Part shown: one piece after another, positions 34,672-45,264 of the stretch
Layout of the letters: the number at the start of each line of letters is the position of its first letter
How positions within the stretch are numbered: position 1 is the stretch's first letter
From: Schizochytrium sp. TIO01
Taxonomy: Eukaryota; Protista; Bigyra: Labyrinthulomycetes
Assembly (NCBI GenBank): GCA_004764695.1
Contig: SMSO01000031.1
Coordinates: 1,774,436-1,838,435, forward strand
DNA: 64,000 nucleotides
Direction of reading: 5' to 3'
Notes under the pieces: model-generated
Databases searched by the model: none
The model's input: the letters and a program-made list of their open reading frames with translations, nothing else
Told to the model about the DNA's origin: nothing
Program-made: the position numbers and the translations under genes

Positions 34672-35427
34672 GATAAAAAGAATAAAAGAAAGAAGTATAA
34701 TTATAAAACTGAGAGGTGTTTTTCCGAGTCTTTTTTTGATTCTTTTGTTGCTTTTCTCTACGAATGGAGCATTTTTCAACCTACTACATTTGTAGTTGTA
34801 GGTACCTACACTTCGCCGACGACCGTGGCAGGAAACCAACATGAGCATGGCGGCCTTCGCAGTTTGCAGCCGACGATGCTGTAGCATGGAGCCGAATAAG
34901 TCGCCTTCTTCGCGGGGTTTACAGTTGAATGTTTGTTCTAAGTCGAAGCGACATTGTTCAGGTGAGTTGTGTTTCTGTTGGAGATATGTTGGCGCTCCAC
35001 TTTTGGCACCATTGTCCTTCAAGGTTCTGACACACCACAGGAAAACATTTACGGAAGAGGGTCACCTTTTGTGGCCTGAGAATTGCAGGCGTGCCATAAG
35101 AAACGCACGCGCTTTTGACTTGAGCTGATGCACAAGTAAAATGGTTTAAAGGAGTGATTAGTGAGAGCATCATGGCAGTGCAGCAGTGGAAGAAGGTACT
35201 GGGTACTACCTGGTTCTGCTGGGACCCGTCCCCAGAGTCATTGCACGACTAAGTAAGTACATAAGAGGATGTAGACCTGGGTTCCACACCTTGAGAAAGC
35301 GTATGCGATTATAGGAACACACGCGCAACCCGCAGAAGGCTACCTTAATCACAACATTAACAGTAAACAACAAATTACATCAAAAATCGTGTTGATTATG
35401 CTTTGCAATCTCTATTTTTTTTTTTTT

Positions 35428-38400
35428 TTAATTAGCTGTGATTTCAATGATTGACACATCGTCGGGCTCAGAGTCATCGGAGTCAAGATCTTGCATGTCA
35501 AACTCCTCGTTCTCAGCATCAGAATCCTCCATACTGCTGCTATCGTGCGAGCCATGATCGGAGTCTGCTTGGCGCTCTTCCTCTGCATTCTCGTCTTCTT
35601 CAGTGATAGCGCTGCTCTTACCGGTGATATAGCGAAGGTACCTCTGACTCTGACAAGCCTGCAACATTGCATTTGAACCGAAAAGATCTGTTTGGCCATT
35701 GCTATCCCGATCTGCTTCTGACCTTTCACTCGCCATACGCCAGGACAGCATACGCTCTTCCAAAGTACCTCTAGCAAAATAACAAATTGTCTCTACAGGT
35801 CGTGTTTGCCCAATGCGGTGCACACGATTGATAGCCTGTTGTTCCTCTCCAAGCTTAAGAAATGGTTCAAAGAGGATCACCCGAGTAGCTTCCGTCAAAG
35901 TCAAGCCAGCTGCTGCACTTGAGCTCTGCAGGAGTAAGATGCGAACATGATCCTGCGTCTTGAAAGAATCCACGGCAGCACGAAGTGCTGGAATACGATC
36001 GCCTTTTACAATGCGAGCATGTATAATCTGATTCTGATCAAGAATTTTAGAAAGGTGAATCACTGTGTTCCGTTGTTGTGAGAATATCACTGTCTTACCT
36101 TCTTGGGTCGCAAATGACTGAAGATCGACTAGAAGTCGACTAATTTTAGATCCATAGATACCAGCGAAATCGTGCGAAGCAGGGGCGTTGGGCTGGAGAC
36201 CTGTGACGGCTCTAAGAACCTTCACAAAGTTTGCATTAAGAGCTTCTGTGAGCACCCGGGTCAAACCTTCATCTGAGAGACCAAGTGCAGCTTGTGCTAG
36301 AGCTTGGTTAGATTCATTCTCAGAGACATATTGTACCCATTGAGCTGCTGTCGCAATCCCCACAGACTCGACAACTTCCCCTTGTGGGGGTCTAGTAATA
36401 TTCTCGTTTTGCCCATCAGTAACAGCCTCATCTGTTTCCCTAGCTTGCACACCATTCCTCCTCATATGACGCGTGACCTTTCGAGTTGCCGTTGATTTCG
36501 CAGATTGACTAGTGGATTGTGCTTTCTCTAAATCGTCCTCGCCCTTGTTCTTGTTCTCAATCACTCCTCTCGGTTTCAATACTCGGAAAATCTCAGGACG
36601 AGTGAGCTGGCGCCGGCACAAGGGACAAGCAAATCGATACGGTGCAAAATGGGATGAATTGACTGCGATGTGCTGGGAAATACAGGTTTCGCAAAACAGG
36701 TGGATACAGAGAGTGCATGTTGGAGAAGTGAGCTCTTCCAGGCAGATCCCACACTCAGGCGTGTTCGTTTGGTCAATGAGTTCCTGTAAAGCGCGCAAAC
36801 CCTGACTCTCTAAAGCATCTACACGTTTTGCGCCTCGCTTCAGCGCAGCCTTCAGAGTATTTGCGTATGTTCGAAGATCTCGAGCAAGAGCTGATTTTCC
36901 ATCTACTACTTCTTTCAGCTCGGAGATCCGATCCTTCTTTCCCTGAATTGATTCATGGACATTTTTGGACACAGGCGTATGAACAATGTTGCTATGATCG
37001 GCATCTGGCAGATCAAGGATTGCAATATCGAATTCCTCAGGTAACCCATTATCAAGGCGCAGAACAGTAACTTTTTGCTCTTCATAATTCACAGAAAGTA
37101 CATCGTTTGCAAGAATATTTATGCTGGAGGCTGGAGTAAACTTTAAACGAGCAAACTCCACAAGTCCTCCGTCCCCATCAAGGAGCTTCACAGACTCCTT
37201 GCTAGAAGATGATCCCTTCACACGTTTCCGGGCGTTGGCTGCCAAATCTGTGAAAGGACCCGAAGCACTGGCCTGTTTTGCAGATTCTTCTTCCACCACC
37301 AAAGCTCGCTTCTTTGATGAGTTGGATCTTCTTTCTGTAGTAGCAGATACTTGGATCAAAGTTGCTTCTCCAGACTCAAAGTGGATTTCGCCCCAGGGCA
37401 CCATACGCACCGTTCCATCTTCTAGTTTAAGCTGGGATGCATGCAAGTCGTCAAAGTCAGAAATGATCTTCACTACTCGTAGCTGAAAATGACGGTTTGA
37501 CCTTCGGTATGGCGAGCAGTCATAAACCCTTGCAAATATTGTGACATCTGGCTTGCTCAACAGTGACCAATCCGGCTTCTGCTCGTTCTCGCCTTCCAAA
37601 GAGTTGCCTGCCGATGAGCCGAGAGTTGAGGTCTCTTTCAGGCCAAAACGAATAGAAAATGATGGGTAATCCAAATCACTTGATTTGGTGCATCCATAAT
37701 GTGCAAACGTAGCTACTAAGGCCTTGCGTTCGTCCTCATTCTTAATTCCAATATGACTACACAGTTTTTCAAGTGATCTGGGGACCTCCGAACTGCAGTA
37801 CCATTGGCGAATGCGATCCCGCAAAAGCTTACTTGAAAGCAGCCGATCTTTCAAGCAAAGTTCAAGAACATGCCTGTGTACAACCTTCATGAGACGATCA
37901 AGACGTCGCTCAGCAAGTGTGTCATCCCGTTCTGATGTATGGCCCACATCATCACTCATGAGCTTCTGTAGCTCCGCACGGTCTAATGTATGAATGCGGA
38001 GCAAAGGAGTTGATGCAAGGTCTGCTTCAGCTGCTGCAATGCGTTCTATGGATGTTCGGTTCACCTTGCTTTCTCGGCAAAGTTCCAGCAATGTGATCGC
38101 TACTGTAGATTTTCCCAGTGGCGTTGGGGAATCTGCATTCGTCATTTCAATATCGTCCCGCTCTTCAGAGGACGATGAGGTCATACTAGACTCGCTGGCT
38201 GGGAGCGTCGGAGACATACACCGTACGTCTTGTGTTGACAGCAGCCTGACTTCACCGTCAAGAAAGCGTACCTTTACAGTACTGGAAAGTTCATCAACCT
38301 CAAGAAGATCTTGCACAGGAACAAACACACGCTTTCCGTCGCCATTATAGCGTGCTTCAAAGTCAACAGTAGCAAGTTTGAGCGCGAGAGGTAATACCGG

Positions 38401-41400
38401 TAATTCCAAACTTATACCTGGGCTGCATTTCGTTTGGAAATCCTCCTCAAAAATACGTATGAGTAACTGAAGAGTCTGACACCAGAAATTAGAATTTGCG
38501 ATTTGATCTATAATCTGCTTCCGCAAGCGAACTGGATCATCACTCAGCATTATTGGAGAATCTTGATTATTGAAACATAGTTTCAAGTCTTCTTGCTCTC
38601 GCCCTCGGTGAGCTTCAACTAAGGATGTGTTCTGTCTAAGGACCACTTCAAAGCTGAAGTTTGACGTCAATGATGCCAACTGAGAGCACAACATACGCGT
38701 AGGCATCCGCTCATAATCTTTAATAACGGTCTCGAGGTGACTGCGAGCTTTCTCTAGCTTCATTGTACAACTAACAATACGTACTGCTTTTTGTGCCTGA
38801 ATAGTGAAGGTTTGGGTCTCGGTTTTCATCAACCGTAAAACTTCACGCCTAAGAATTGGATCAATTTTACTTCGCAGCAAAAGCAAAGCAAGGTATTTGC
38901 CGCTCGTAATTGCTTGAATGGCCCAACGCCAGCGAAGCTTGGGAATACTGCCTCCTCGAGCGGAGCAAAAGCCCTCTTTGCAACCGGATTCAGCTGCTTT
39001 GAGTTTTTCTTCAGTCTCCTTCAGACGCTCTGCAATGTGCTCTCTCATAGCGCCCGCAGATGCGCCAGCTCCGCTGGCGGCAGTCACTGCATACTGTTGT
39101 CTGCTTTGGGTGCTGACCATCCCACTACTTTGCTTCGTACCAGTAGCATCTCCAGAAAGTAAAAAATCACGCAGGTCATCGCCAGGAAGCTCAGAAAATT
39201 GAGAAAATAGCACAGTAAACTGATTTGGGTGTACTATACCTCGTCGATGAAAAGATGTGAGAATTTCTCGAACACAGTTGTTCATGCGACAGATCATCGG
39301 GGCTGCCCCATTTCCGCCATTAATAAGGTATGGTGATGATGCAAGGAGACGAAGCAGTTCAATAGCCACAAACCAAGGGCGATTAGCAGCATGGTTAAAT
39401 CCTCGATGGCTACGGCGGTTCTGCTGGTGTGGGGTATACATATCAAGCGCTTTGACAGCCAGTGCCTCAAGATACTGATACAGGGCTCTTTCGCGATATT
39501 CCATCGGGATACCTACGTACCGGGTTGTCGCAGTAGGCAAGTGTAAGATTGTGCGTTGGCTATCTGTTACGTAAGTTTGGTTTTTAGAATGCCGCATCAT
39601 CACGTGCTCAAGAAGCAAACCTAGTCGTTCAAGTGCTATGGGGAGTTTCAATTCAAAAGGTCTTTTGACACGCTTGCTCCAAAATCCATCGGCATTGTCC
39701 GGACATGAAAACGGAATAATACCAAGAAAGTTGAGCTCTCCATGAATATCATCAATTCCCGTGTAGATCGGTGTACCAGAAATCATCCAGCGAGAGCGAG
39801 CTGAAAGATCCCTACACATTCGCGCAAGGGATGTTGTGGAACTCCTAATCTCTTGCATTTCATCCAAACAAATACGCCGCCAGTGTATACGTTGTATAGA
39901 TAAGGCAACATTCTGGATATTTCGGTAGGTGGTGAGCACAATGTCGCACTTGGCTATCTGTTCAGTAGCTTCATCGATAGCCTTGGAATATCTGAATTTG
40001 ACTCTCTCAAACAAGATCTTATCTCGGGGGTTTCCAATCTCTAAAGATTGCCCACCATCTGGATTGGGCAAATTTTCAACTGAACGATTGTCTGCATTGC
40101 TTGACTCGCTTTCCGAGCTACCCTGTGTAGTCTGCTGATGGTGAGCTTGCAACTCAGATTCAGTCAGACAGCATGCGAGTTTTCTCAAAGTAGCGAAGTA
40201 ATGACCGTGGTCATTAACAGTATCAAGCGTGGCTATGCAAAGCTTTGTGGGGTCATTGAGGCATTTTTCGAACTCATGAGCCCATTGCGGCAGTAAAGCG
40301 TCTGGTACCACGAAAAGAGTGGCATTTGATGCAATAACATCTTCTTCAATCTCGAATTCGGGCTCTGAAACATTTTGGTCATGAAGGACGAGTGAAATAA
40401 ACTCAAGAGTTTTACCGAGACCCATCTCTTCGCATACAAGACCTCCGCGAACTAAGGGAGGGGCTTTGAGGCGTACCTCACCCAAAGCAGGTGAAATGTA
40501 GAAGCTCCCTGCCCCAGGGTCAGCAGTCCATTGACGCTCCTCCCAAAAGCAACCATTTAGCCCCCGAGGAAGGCGTTCTTGATCAATCATCCACTGTAGA
40601 GTCTGCAACTGGTAGTCTCTCATCTTAAGCTTCAACCCTTTAGGGTTTCCCGGGTACTCCTTGTAACCTAAGCTTTCATGCGAGCGAAGAAGGGCATCAG
40701 TGTTAAACTGGTTATCCTGAAGATGCAGTTCTTGGGGGACACTACGGTTGAACACAGCGTCTACCTTAGGAAGACTTGATAGAGGACCAGAGATCGGAGA
40801 TGAAGCTACCAAGTACTTGATAAGTGTCCTCAGCGAGCGATTGGCAATCATCCAGAATATGAGGCGACTGACATACAAATGGATACGGACGCGTAAGCAC
40901 TTGGAAGCGACCTCTTCAGTCTGCGATACACAACGTACTAAGGGCGCTTTCCACGGTGAGGTGGTCGGGTGCTGATACGTGAAGACAGCATCTATCCATT
41001 CAAAAAGCTCCTCAGGAGTGGCGGATGGAGAGTTACAATGGGAGAGGGATACTTTCCCTCCATCAATTGCTTTTCGCAGTAACTCCACTGATACTGGTGT
41101 ATCCACACTCGCAGGTTCACCTGAATTGCTCTTCCACAAAATTTGCTTGTATGACAGAGGTTGCTTGGAAGACTTTCGCGGGGGAGGGGTGTACTGAAGA
41201 ATCCTTTTCTTGAAATCCGATGCGCTACTAAACGTGATGTCCATATCAACATAGCCAATTCGGCGAAATGTATCAAACCCCTGAACAATGTCCTTGTCAA
41301 AATGTGTCTCGTTGACACGTGTAATTTTTCGCATCACGTCATTACATTGTTTTATAAACTTTGCTGCATCATTTGAGCATTGAGAATCACTCCACCACGC

Positions 41401-42075
41401 CGGTGGCTCTACAGCCTTGCCAGTTAGAAATGAGATACTGTCTGGCACGGGCGAGCCAAATTTCTCGTATAAGTTGCGATGGAGTATCTTAATATACTCG
41501 CTTGAGGGGAGTCTGGTGCCTGAGGACGGATTTTCATCATCATCCTGGTTTATCTCTTGACTCGCTTCCAATTTTTCTTGAACGATGATTTCTTTGTTCT
41601 TAGCTCTATCTTTGTTTTTGGGAGGTTCGGTCTTACCAAATTCTTCTGCTTTCGGTGGTCTAGTCCTTCTTGTAGACCTTCTCAAAACTGTGCCTTCTTG
41701 CGGTCCTGTATCCGTACCATTTGCGACGCTTGAAGGTACGTTCGGCGAGGTAGAGGAGGTTGCTGTACGATTCTCACGTGTTGATCGTATCGCCCGCGTC
41801 GAGACACCTGCGCATGACTTGGACCTTGTACGTGAAGCTGTTACCATCGCGCCAGCAGTATTTGCAGAACTTCTTGAAGATGCCGACGAAGGTTTAGTAG
41901 ACCCTTTGCCTTGAGTTTGTCTCACTGCCTGGGACTCTATTGTCAGGTCTGTGTCTGAGGCAAGTCCCGGTGCTATTGCAGGGGTCGTGTTCACAGCTGT
42001 CTCCGAGATATCTTCCAAGGTATCTTCGAGTTCTCTTTGCTCCCTGAGCCTTGCGGATTTGCGGCGAGAACTCAT
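35428..42075 (-). CDS. SNF2-family helicase with C3HC4 RING (Rad5/16, SHPRH-like), ~2215 aa
   Basis: Q motif MRDYQLQTLQWM; I CEEMGLGKT; Ia TLFVVPDALLPQW; II WRRICLDEMQ; III RWMISGTP; RING CGIC...CTLCIHLFCETCI...CPLCR; C-lobe VIFSQ, GLTLTEA, QAINRVHRIGQTRPV. Probable ATG at 42075. Confidence 0.9.
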   Translation of the reverse strand: MSSRRKSARLREQRELEDTLEDISETAVNTTPAIAPGLASDTDLTIESQAVRQTQGKGSTKPSSASSRSSANTAGAMVTASRTRSKSCAGVSTRAIRSTRENRTATSSTSPNVPSSVANGTDTGPQEGTVLRRSTRRTRPPKAEEFGKTEPPKNKDRAKNKEIIVQEKLEASQEINQDDDENPSSGTRLPSSEYIKILHRNLYEKFGSPVPDSISFLTGKAVEPPAWWSDSQCSNDAAKFIKQCNDVMRKITRVNETHFDKDIVQGFDTFRRIGYVDMDITFSSASDFKKRILQYTPPPRKSSKQPLSYKQILWKSNSGEPASVDTPVSVELLRKAIDGGKVSLSHCNSPSATPEELFEWIDAVFTYQHPTTSPWKAPLVRCVSQTEEVASKCLRVRIHLYVSRLIFWMIANRSLRTLIKYLVASSPISGPLSSLPKVDAVFNRSVPQELHLQDNQFNTDALLRSHESLGYKEYPGNPKGLKLKMRDYQLQTLQWMIDQERLPRGLNGCFWEERQWTADPGAGSFYISPALGEVRLKAPPLVRGGLVCEEMGLGKTLEFISLVLHDQNVSEPEFEIEEDVIASNATLFVVPDALLPQWAHEFEKCLNDPTKLCIATLDTVNDHGHYFATLRKLACCLTESELQAHHQQTTQGSSESESSNADNRSVENLPNPDGGQSLEIGNPRDKILFERVKFRYSKAIDEATEQIAKCDIVLTTYRNIQNVALSIQRIHWRRICLDEMQEIRSSTTSLARMCRDLSARSRWMISGTPIYTGIDDIHGELNFLGIIPFSCPDNADGFWSKRVKRPFELKLPIALERLGLLLEHVMMRHSKNQTYVTDSQRTILHLPTATTRYVGIPMEYRERALYQYLEALAVKALDMYTPHQQNRRSHRGFNHAANRPWFVAIELLRLLASSPYLINGGNGAAPMICRMNNCVREILTSFHRRGIVHPNQFTVLFSQFSELPGDDLRDFLLSGDATGTKQSSGMVSTQSRQQYAVTAASGAGASAGAMREHIAERLKETEEKLKAAESGCKEGFCSARGGSIPKLRWRWAIQAITSGKYLALLLLRSKIDPILRREVLRLMKTETQTFTIQAQKAVRIVSCTMKLEKARSHLETVIKDYERMPTRMLCSQLASLTSNFSFEVVLRQNTSLVEAHRGREQEDLKLCFNNQDSPIMLSDDPVRLRKQIIDQIANSNFWCQTLQLLIRIFEEDFQTKCSPGISLELPVLPLALKLATVDFEARYNGDGKRVFVPVQDLLEVDELSSTVKVRFLDGEVRLLSTQDVRCMSPTLPASESSMTSSSSEERDDIEMTNADSPTPLGKSTVAITLLELCRESKVNRTSIERIAAAEADLASTPLLRIHTLDRAELQKLMSDDVGHTSERDDTLAERRLDRLMKVVHRHVLELCLKDRLLSSKLLRDRIRQWYCSSEVPRSLEKLCSHIGIKNEDERKALVATFAHYGCTKSSDLDYPSFSIRFGLKETSTLGSSAGNSLEGENEQKPDWSLLSKPDVTIFARVYDCSPYRRSNRHFQLRVVKIISDFDDLHASQLKLEDGTVRMVPWGEIHFESGEATLIQVSATTERRSNSSKKRALVVEEESAKQASASGPFTDLAANARKRVKGSSSSKESVKLLDGDGGLVEFARLKFTPASSINILANDVLSVNYEEQKVTVLRLDNGLPEEFDIAILDLPDADHSNIVHTPVSKNVHESIQGKKDRISELKEVVDGKSALARDLRTYANTLKAALKRGAKRVDALESQGLRALQELIDQTNTPECGICLEELTSPTCTLCIHLFCETCISQHIAVNSSHFAPYRFACPLCRRQLTRPEIFRVLKPRGVIENKNKGEDDLEKAQSTSQSAKSTATRKVTRHMRRNGVQARETDEAVTDGQNENITRPPQGEVVESVGIATAAQWVQYVSENESNQALAQAALGLSDEGLTRVLTEALNANFVKVLRAVTGLQPNAPASHDFAGIYGSKISRLLVDLQSFATQEGKTVIFSQQRNTVIHLSKILDQNQIIHARIVKGDRIPALRAAVDSFKTQDHVRILLLQSSSAAAGLTLTEATRVILFEPFLKLGEEQQAINRVHRIGQTRPVETICYFARGTLEERMLSWRMASERSEADRDSNGQTDLFGSNAMLQACQSQRYLRYITGKSSAITEEDENAEEERQADSDHGSHDSSSMEDSDAENEEFDMQDLDSDDSEPDDVSIIEITAN

Positions 42076-42950
42076 GATCTTTTGCAGAGTCCACCTACTC
42101 TTTGTCCAATTCAATTGAGTTAGAGGGAACTAAGGTATATTCTTCGGAGATTAGCAAAAGAAATTTTGAGAGCGCGTCCTATACTTTACGTATATACCTC
42201 CAACGTGCAAGGTGCTTTAGGCTCCCAGAGCTTGGTGTTGGTGATGAGAGCGCTCACTTCAAGCCCCTCCAGGCTCTTGACCAGCCTCAGCTCAAAGTTC
42301 CCTCCGATACTCCAGCACCTCCGGTTATTTCAAGGAGGGCTGCGTCCTCTGCTTGCTTGCAAACAATTGTTACAGAGGTTTCTTGCGCGAGTTTTGGTTC
42401 TGGCCCCTCTTGAGTAGGCAGGCCTGCAGCGAGCTCTTCAATTAATGCTACTCATCGGTGTTCCGCTACGCTGGGATTTTGTTGGATAAATTCCAACAAA
42501 TTCGGCTTCACTCTCCCCTTGGGTTTCGCAACCCAACTTATTACAACCATTATTATTATTATCATTATTATTAGATAAATGATTAAACATTACGAATAGG
42601 TAAGATAAGAAACAATAGATAGATAGGAACCACTCGAAAAAAGAAAGAAAAGAGAATGAACTTGCAGTATTTTACTTTATTTATAAATTATCTAATATTT
42701 ATTACTTCTAAAAAACGATAGTGTTCTATTATATAACAGTTCTAGCAGCTTGACAGAAAAATAAACTTGAAAAAGGAAAAAAGAAAACTTCCTAGTAGTA
42801 TAGTAGCATTAATTTAACGAGCCAAAGATATCCAAAGAACCTTGAAGATTTCGACCATCTAACTTAATCTTCAAGGATCATCGTTGAGACTTCACTGAAT
42901 CAGCAACGCTCCCAGTCGGTTGCCGCTTTTGTAAAGCCAACACCGCATCC

Positions 42951-44591
42951 ATGAAAAGGCTTTACAGCTTTTTGATTGTGGCTCTTGCTACTACTTTTGT
43001 GCTCGTTGACAACGCACGTGCACTGGAGGTTGTGAACGTGACCCATGCAGCACCAGAACTTAGACTTGCAGTGCAGGCTGCTGCAGGACTTGCAAATCGT
43101 GATGCGCCAAATGTCTATGTAGTGATGGATGATGATGATGCCTTTTGGCTAAGTGAAATCGTCGGTGATGGACCTCTGCAAACGACATCCGTTTCGGAGT
43201 TTGTTCAAGACGCTGCCAAGCGCTATGGTGTCATCTTGTACCCTCCTGGGAGGATCGACGATACTTTGGATACTGTTGTTACACTTGCTGGCGTCTTAGA
43301 CGCAATCCCAATGGTTGCAGTTGAGCCTGCCAGCGGTGTTCACATCAAGGTTGATGCAAGGTCGTGGTCAAAGGCCCGCGCTCTCGCGGAAGCTGAGGCC
43401 GTGCTAGCTAAAACTTCGTCACTTGCCGTCCAAGAAAGCGCAATGCTTGCCAAAGGTGAGCTTGTGGACTTTATTGTGAAAAACCGTCTTTTTACAAACT
43501 ACCTTCCACTTGGTTGCGTGCCAATGACCGCTGAGCACACCTACCTTAAGCGCATTGTAGACAACGCGCCGTGGCGAAAGCCTGTGCGAGTGTATGGCTA
43601 TAACACGCAAGTTCGCATACTCGGAGGCTTTACCTTTGAGGCCGAGACTGATTGCTTGCCTACGTTAGGGCAGATTGCAACACAACATGCCAGAAACCTG
43701 GCGTTTTGGAGCAGTCGAGAGCCTATTGAAAAAGCCTTTACACAAACGTCTGCTTCAGATGTCAGTTACGACCCAAGTGTTTCCTATGTTGGTCTTGTAT
43801 ACGGAGATATGGATAACATTGATTTTGTGCAGGGCTTTGCACGTAAACATATGGAGATCCGCGCAGATAGATGCCTAAAGTCTGCAGCAGCAAACTCTTC
43901 CAATGATTGTTTCCCACTCACCTGGACTCTTTCGCCAAATCTAATTCGTATCGCTCCAGATATTTTGCGCTGGTACATGAGAAAAGCTGAGAAAAGTGGT
44001 AATGACTGGTTCATCTTTCCTCCCTCCGGTACATTGTACTCTTATCCAGGAATGTTTAATGACGCTGATCAAGAGACATATGTAAGGCAGATGGACGCAG
44101 ATGCTGCATTGATGGATACGTCTGGAAGCATTCATTGGGAGTGGTTTTCGAAATGGACAGCTGCTTTCGGACATTATTTTCCGCGCTTTGCAGGCACTGG
44201 GCATAAGGTCAAGTCATTTTTCTTGAACAATGTTCCCTGGCCTATTCCGATTGCTTCTATGGCTCTTCGTGGGGAGACCTATCGTGTTATTGGAGGGCCT
44301 GAAGAGCCTGTGGTAGCATTTAAGCCAACCTTCAATTGGGCACCAGGAAACCCCTCTGGCGGCCTTGACGTTTCTCCTAAGACTTGCGCTAATATGCTAG
44401 GACTCTTGCCCAAAGGTAGCGTACAATATATTTACACTATTCAAACGACAGATGTAGCGGATCTGTTTGACTTGGCAGATGATCTTCCTGAGCATGTGCG
44501 CTTGGTTTCTTATGAGCAACTGGTGTCGCTTGCCCTACAAAAAGAAGCTTATCATAGCCATCATCAAGATTCCACGATGGCTCAACAATAG
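42951..44591 (+). CDS. Secreted GxGYxYP-family putative carbohydrate-active protein
   Basis: Signal peptide; QAAAGLANRDAPNVYV; TLAGVLDAI; YGDMDNIDF (cf. SDGDN); PLTWTLSPNL...PDILRWY; PPSGTLYSYP (variant of the GxGYxYP motif). Confidence 0.72.
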   Translation: MKRLYSFLIVALATTFVLVDNARALEVVNVTHAAPELRLAVQAAAGLANRDAPNVYVVMDDDDAFWLSEIVGDGPLQTTSVSEFVQDAAKRYGVILYPPGRIDDTLDTVVTLAGVLDAIPMVAVEPASGVHIKVDARSWSKARALAEAEAVLAKTSSLAVQESAMLAKGELVDFIVKNRLFTNYLPLGCVPMTAEHTYLKRIVDNAPWRKPVRVYGYNTQVRILGGFTFEAETDCLPTLGQIATQHARNLAFWSSREPIEKAFTQTSASDVSYDPSVSYVGLVYGDMDNIDFVQGFARKHMEIRADRCLKSAAANSSNDCFPLTWTLSPNLIRIAPDILRWYMRKAEKSGNDWFIFPPSGTLYSYPGMFNDADQETYVRQMDADAALMDTSGSIHWEWFSKWTAAFGHYFPRFAGTGHKVKSFFLNNVPWPIPIASMALRGETYRVIGGPEEPVVAFKPTFNWAPGNPSGGLDVSPKTCANMLGLLPKGSVQYIYTIQTTDVADLFDLADDLPEHVRLVSYEQLVSLALQKEAYHSHHQDSTMAQQ

Positions 44592-44844
44592 CAAGTGTAG
44601 ATCAGAGATAAAGGCGCTGCATAAAGAGTGTAAATTCACCTTTGTGCACTTGCATAATGAAAAATTTCTCAGATGAAAGGGCTCAAGGGCCGAATTTGAC
44701 ATACGTTGTAAATGGAAAGGTATCCCAGGGAGCTGATTCTAAGATCATAAATTATGTTCGATGATATCTGTTAGTTAGATCTTGACTACAAAACAACACG
44801 CCCGAGGGCTACACGGATGTGAAAAGACTCTCTACACGACACAA

Positions 44845-45264
44845 TTACTTGGCAGCCACAGTCTCATTACCACAGTCAACGAATGCCTGGAGCGACTTGA
44901 GGCAGCTCGTCTCGTCGTTATTGCGAAGGCACATGAAGAAACGGGCGTGCACAGCGGGAACATGACCTTCAAGTTTGTCTCCGCAAGCTTGCATGACCTG
45001 GCGTTTTCGCATGGATACCATTTTATCGCATCCCAAGTAGCACTCGGCTTGCTTCACACAGTTTCCAGCACCCTCGCCGCCTTCAGCCACACGAAGTTGG
45101 CATTTACGCAAGTTCAGTGCAGGGATCTCGCAAGTTGGCAAGATTTTGTTTACGTTTTGCAGAAGGCCTTCCGCCTGAGCCACGTTTGCTGCGCTCACAA
45201 AGTTGCTGACGTTAGCGTCAGGATTCATGGCGGGGTCTACCTCGCCAATGACCGGGCACGACAT
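44845..45264 (-). CDS. Small CX9C/CHCH-type protein (NDUFA8- or Mix14/CHCHD5-like), probably mitochondrial intermembrane space
   Basis: CEIPALNLRKC, CVKQAECYLGC and CLKSLQAFVDC are exact CX9C motifs; the third of the four pairs is CX17C. Confidence 0.62.
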   Translation of the reverse strand: MSCPVIGEVDPAMNPDANVSNFVSAANVAQAEGLLQNVNKILPTCEIPALNLRKCQLRVAEGGEGAGNCVKQAECYLGCDKMVSMRKRQVMQACGDKLEGHVPAVHARFFMCLRNNDETSCLKSLQAFVDCGNETVAAK

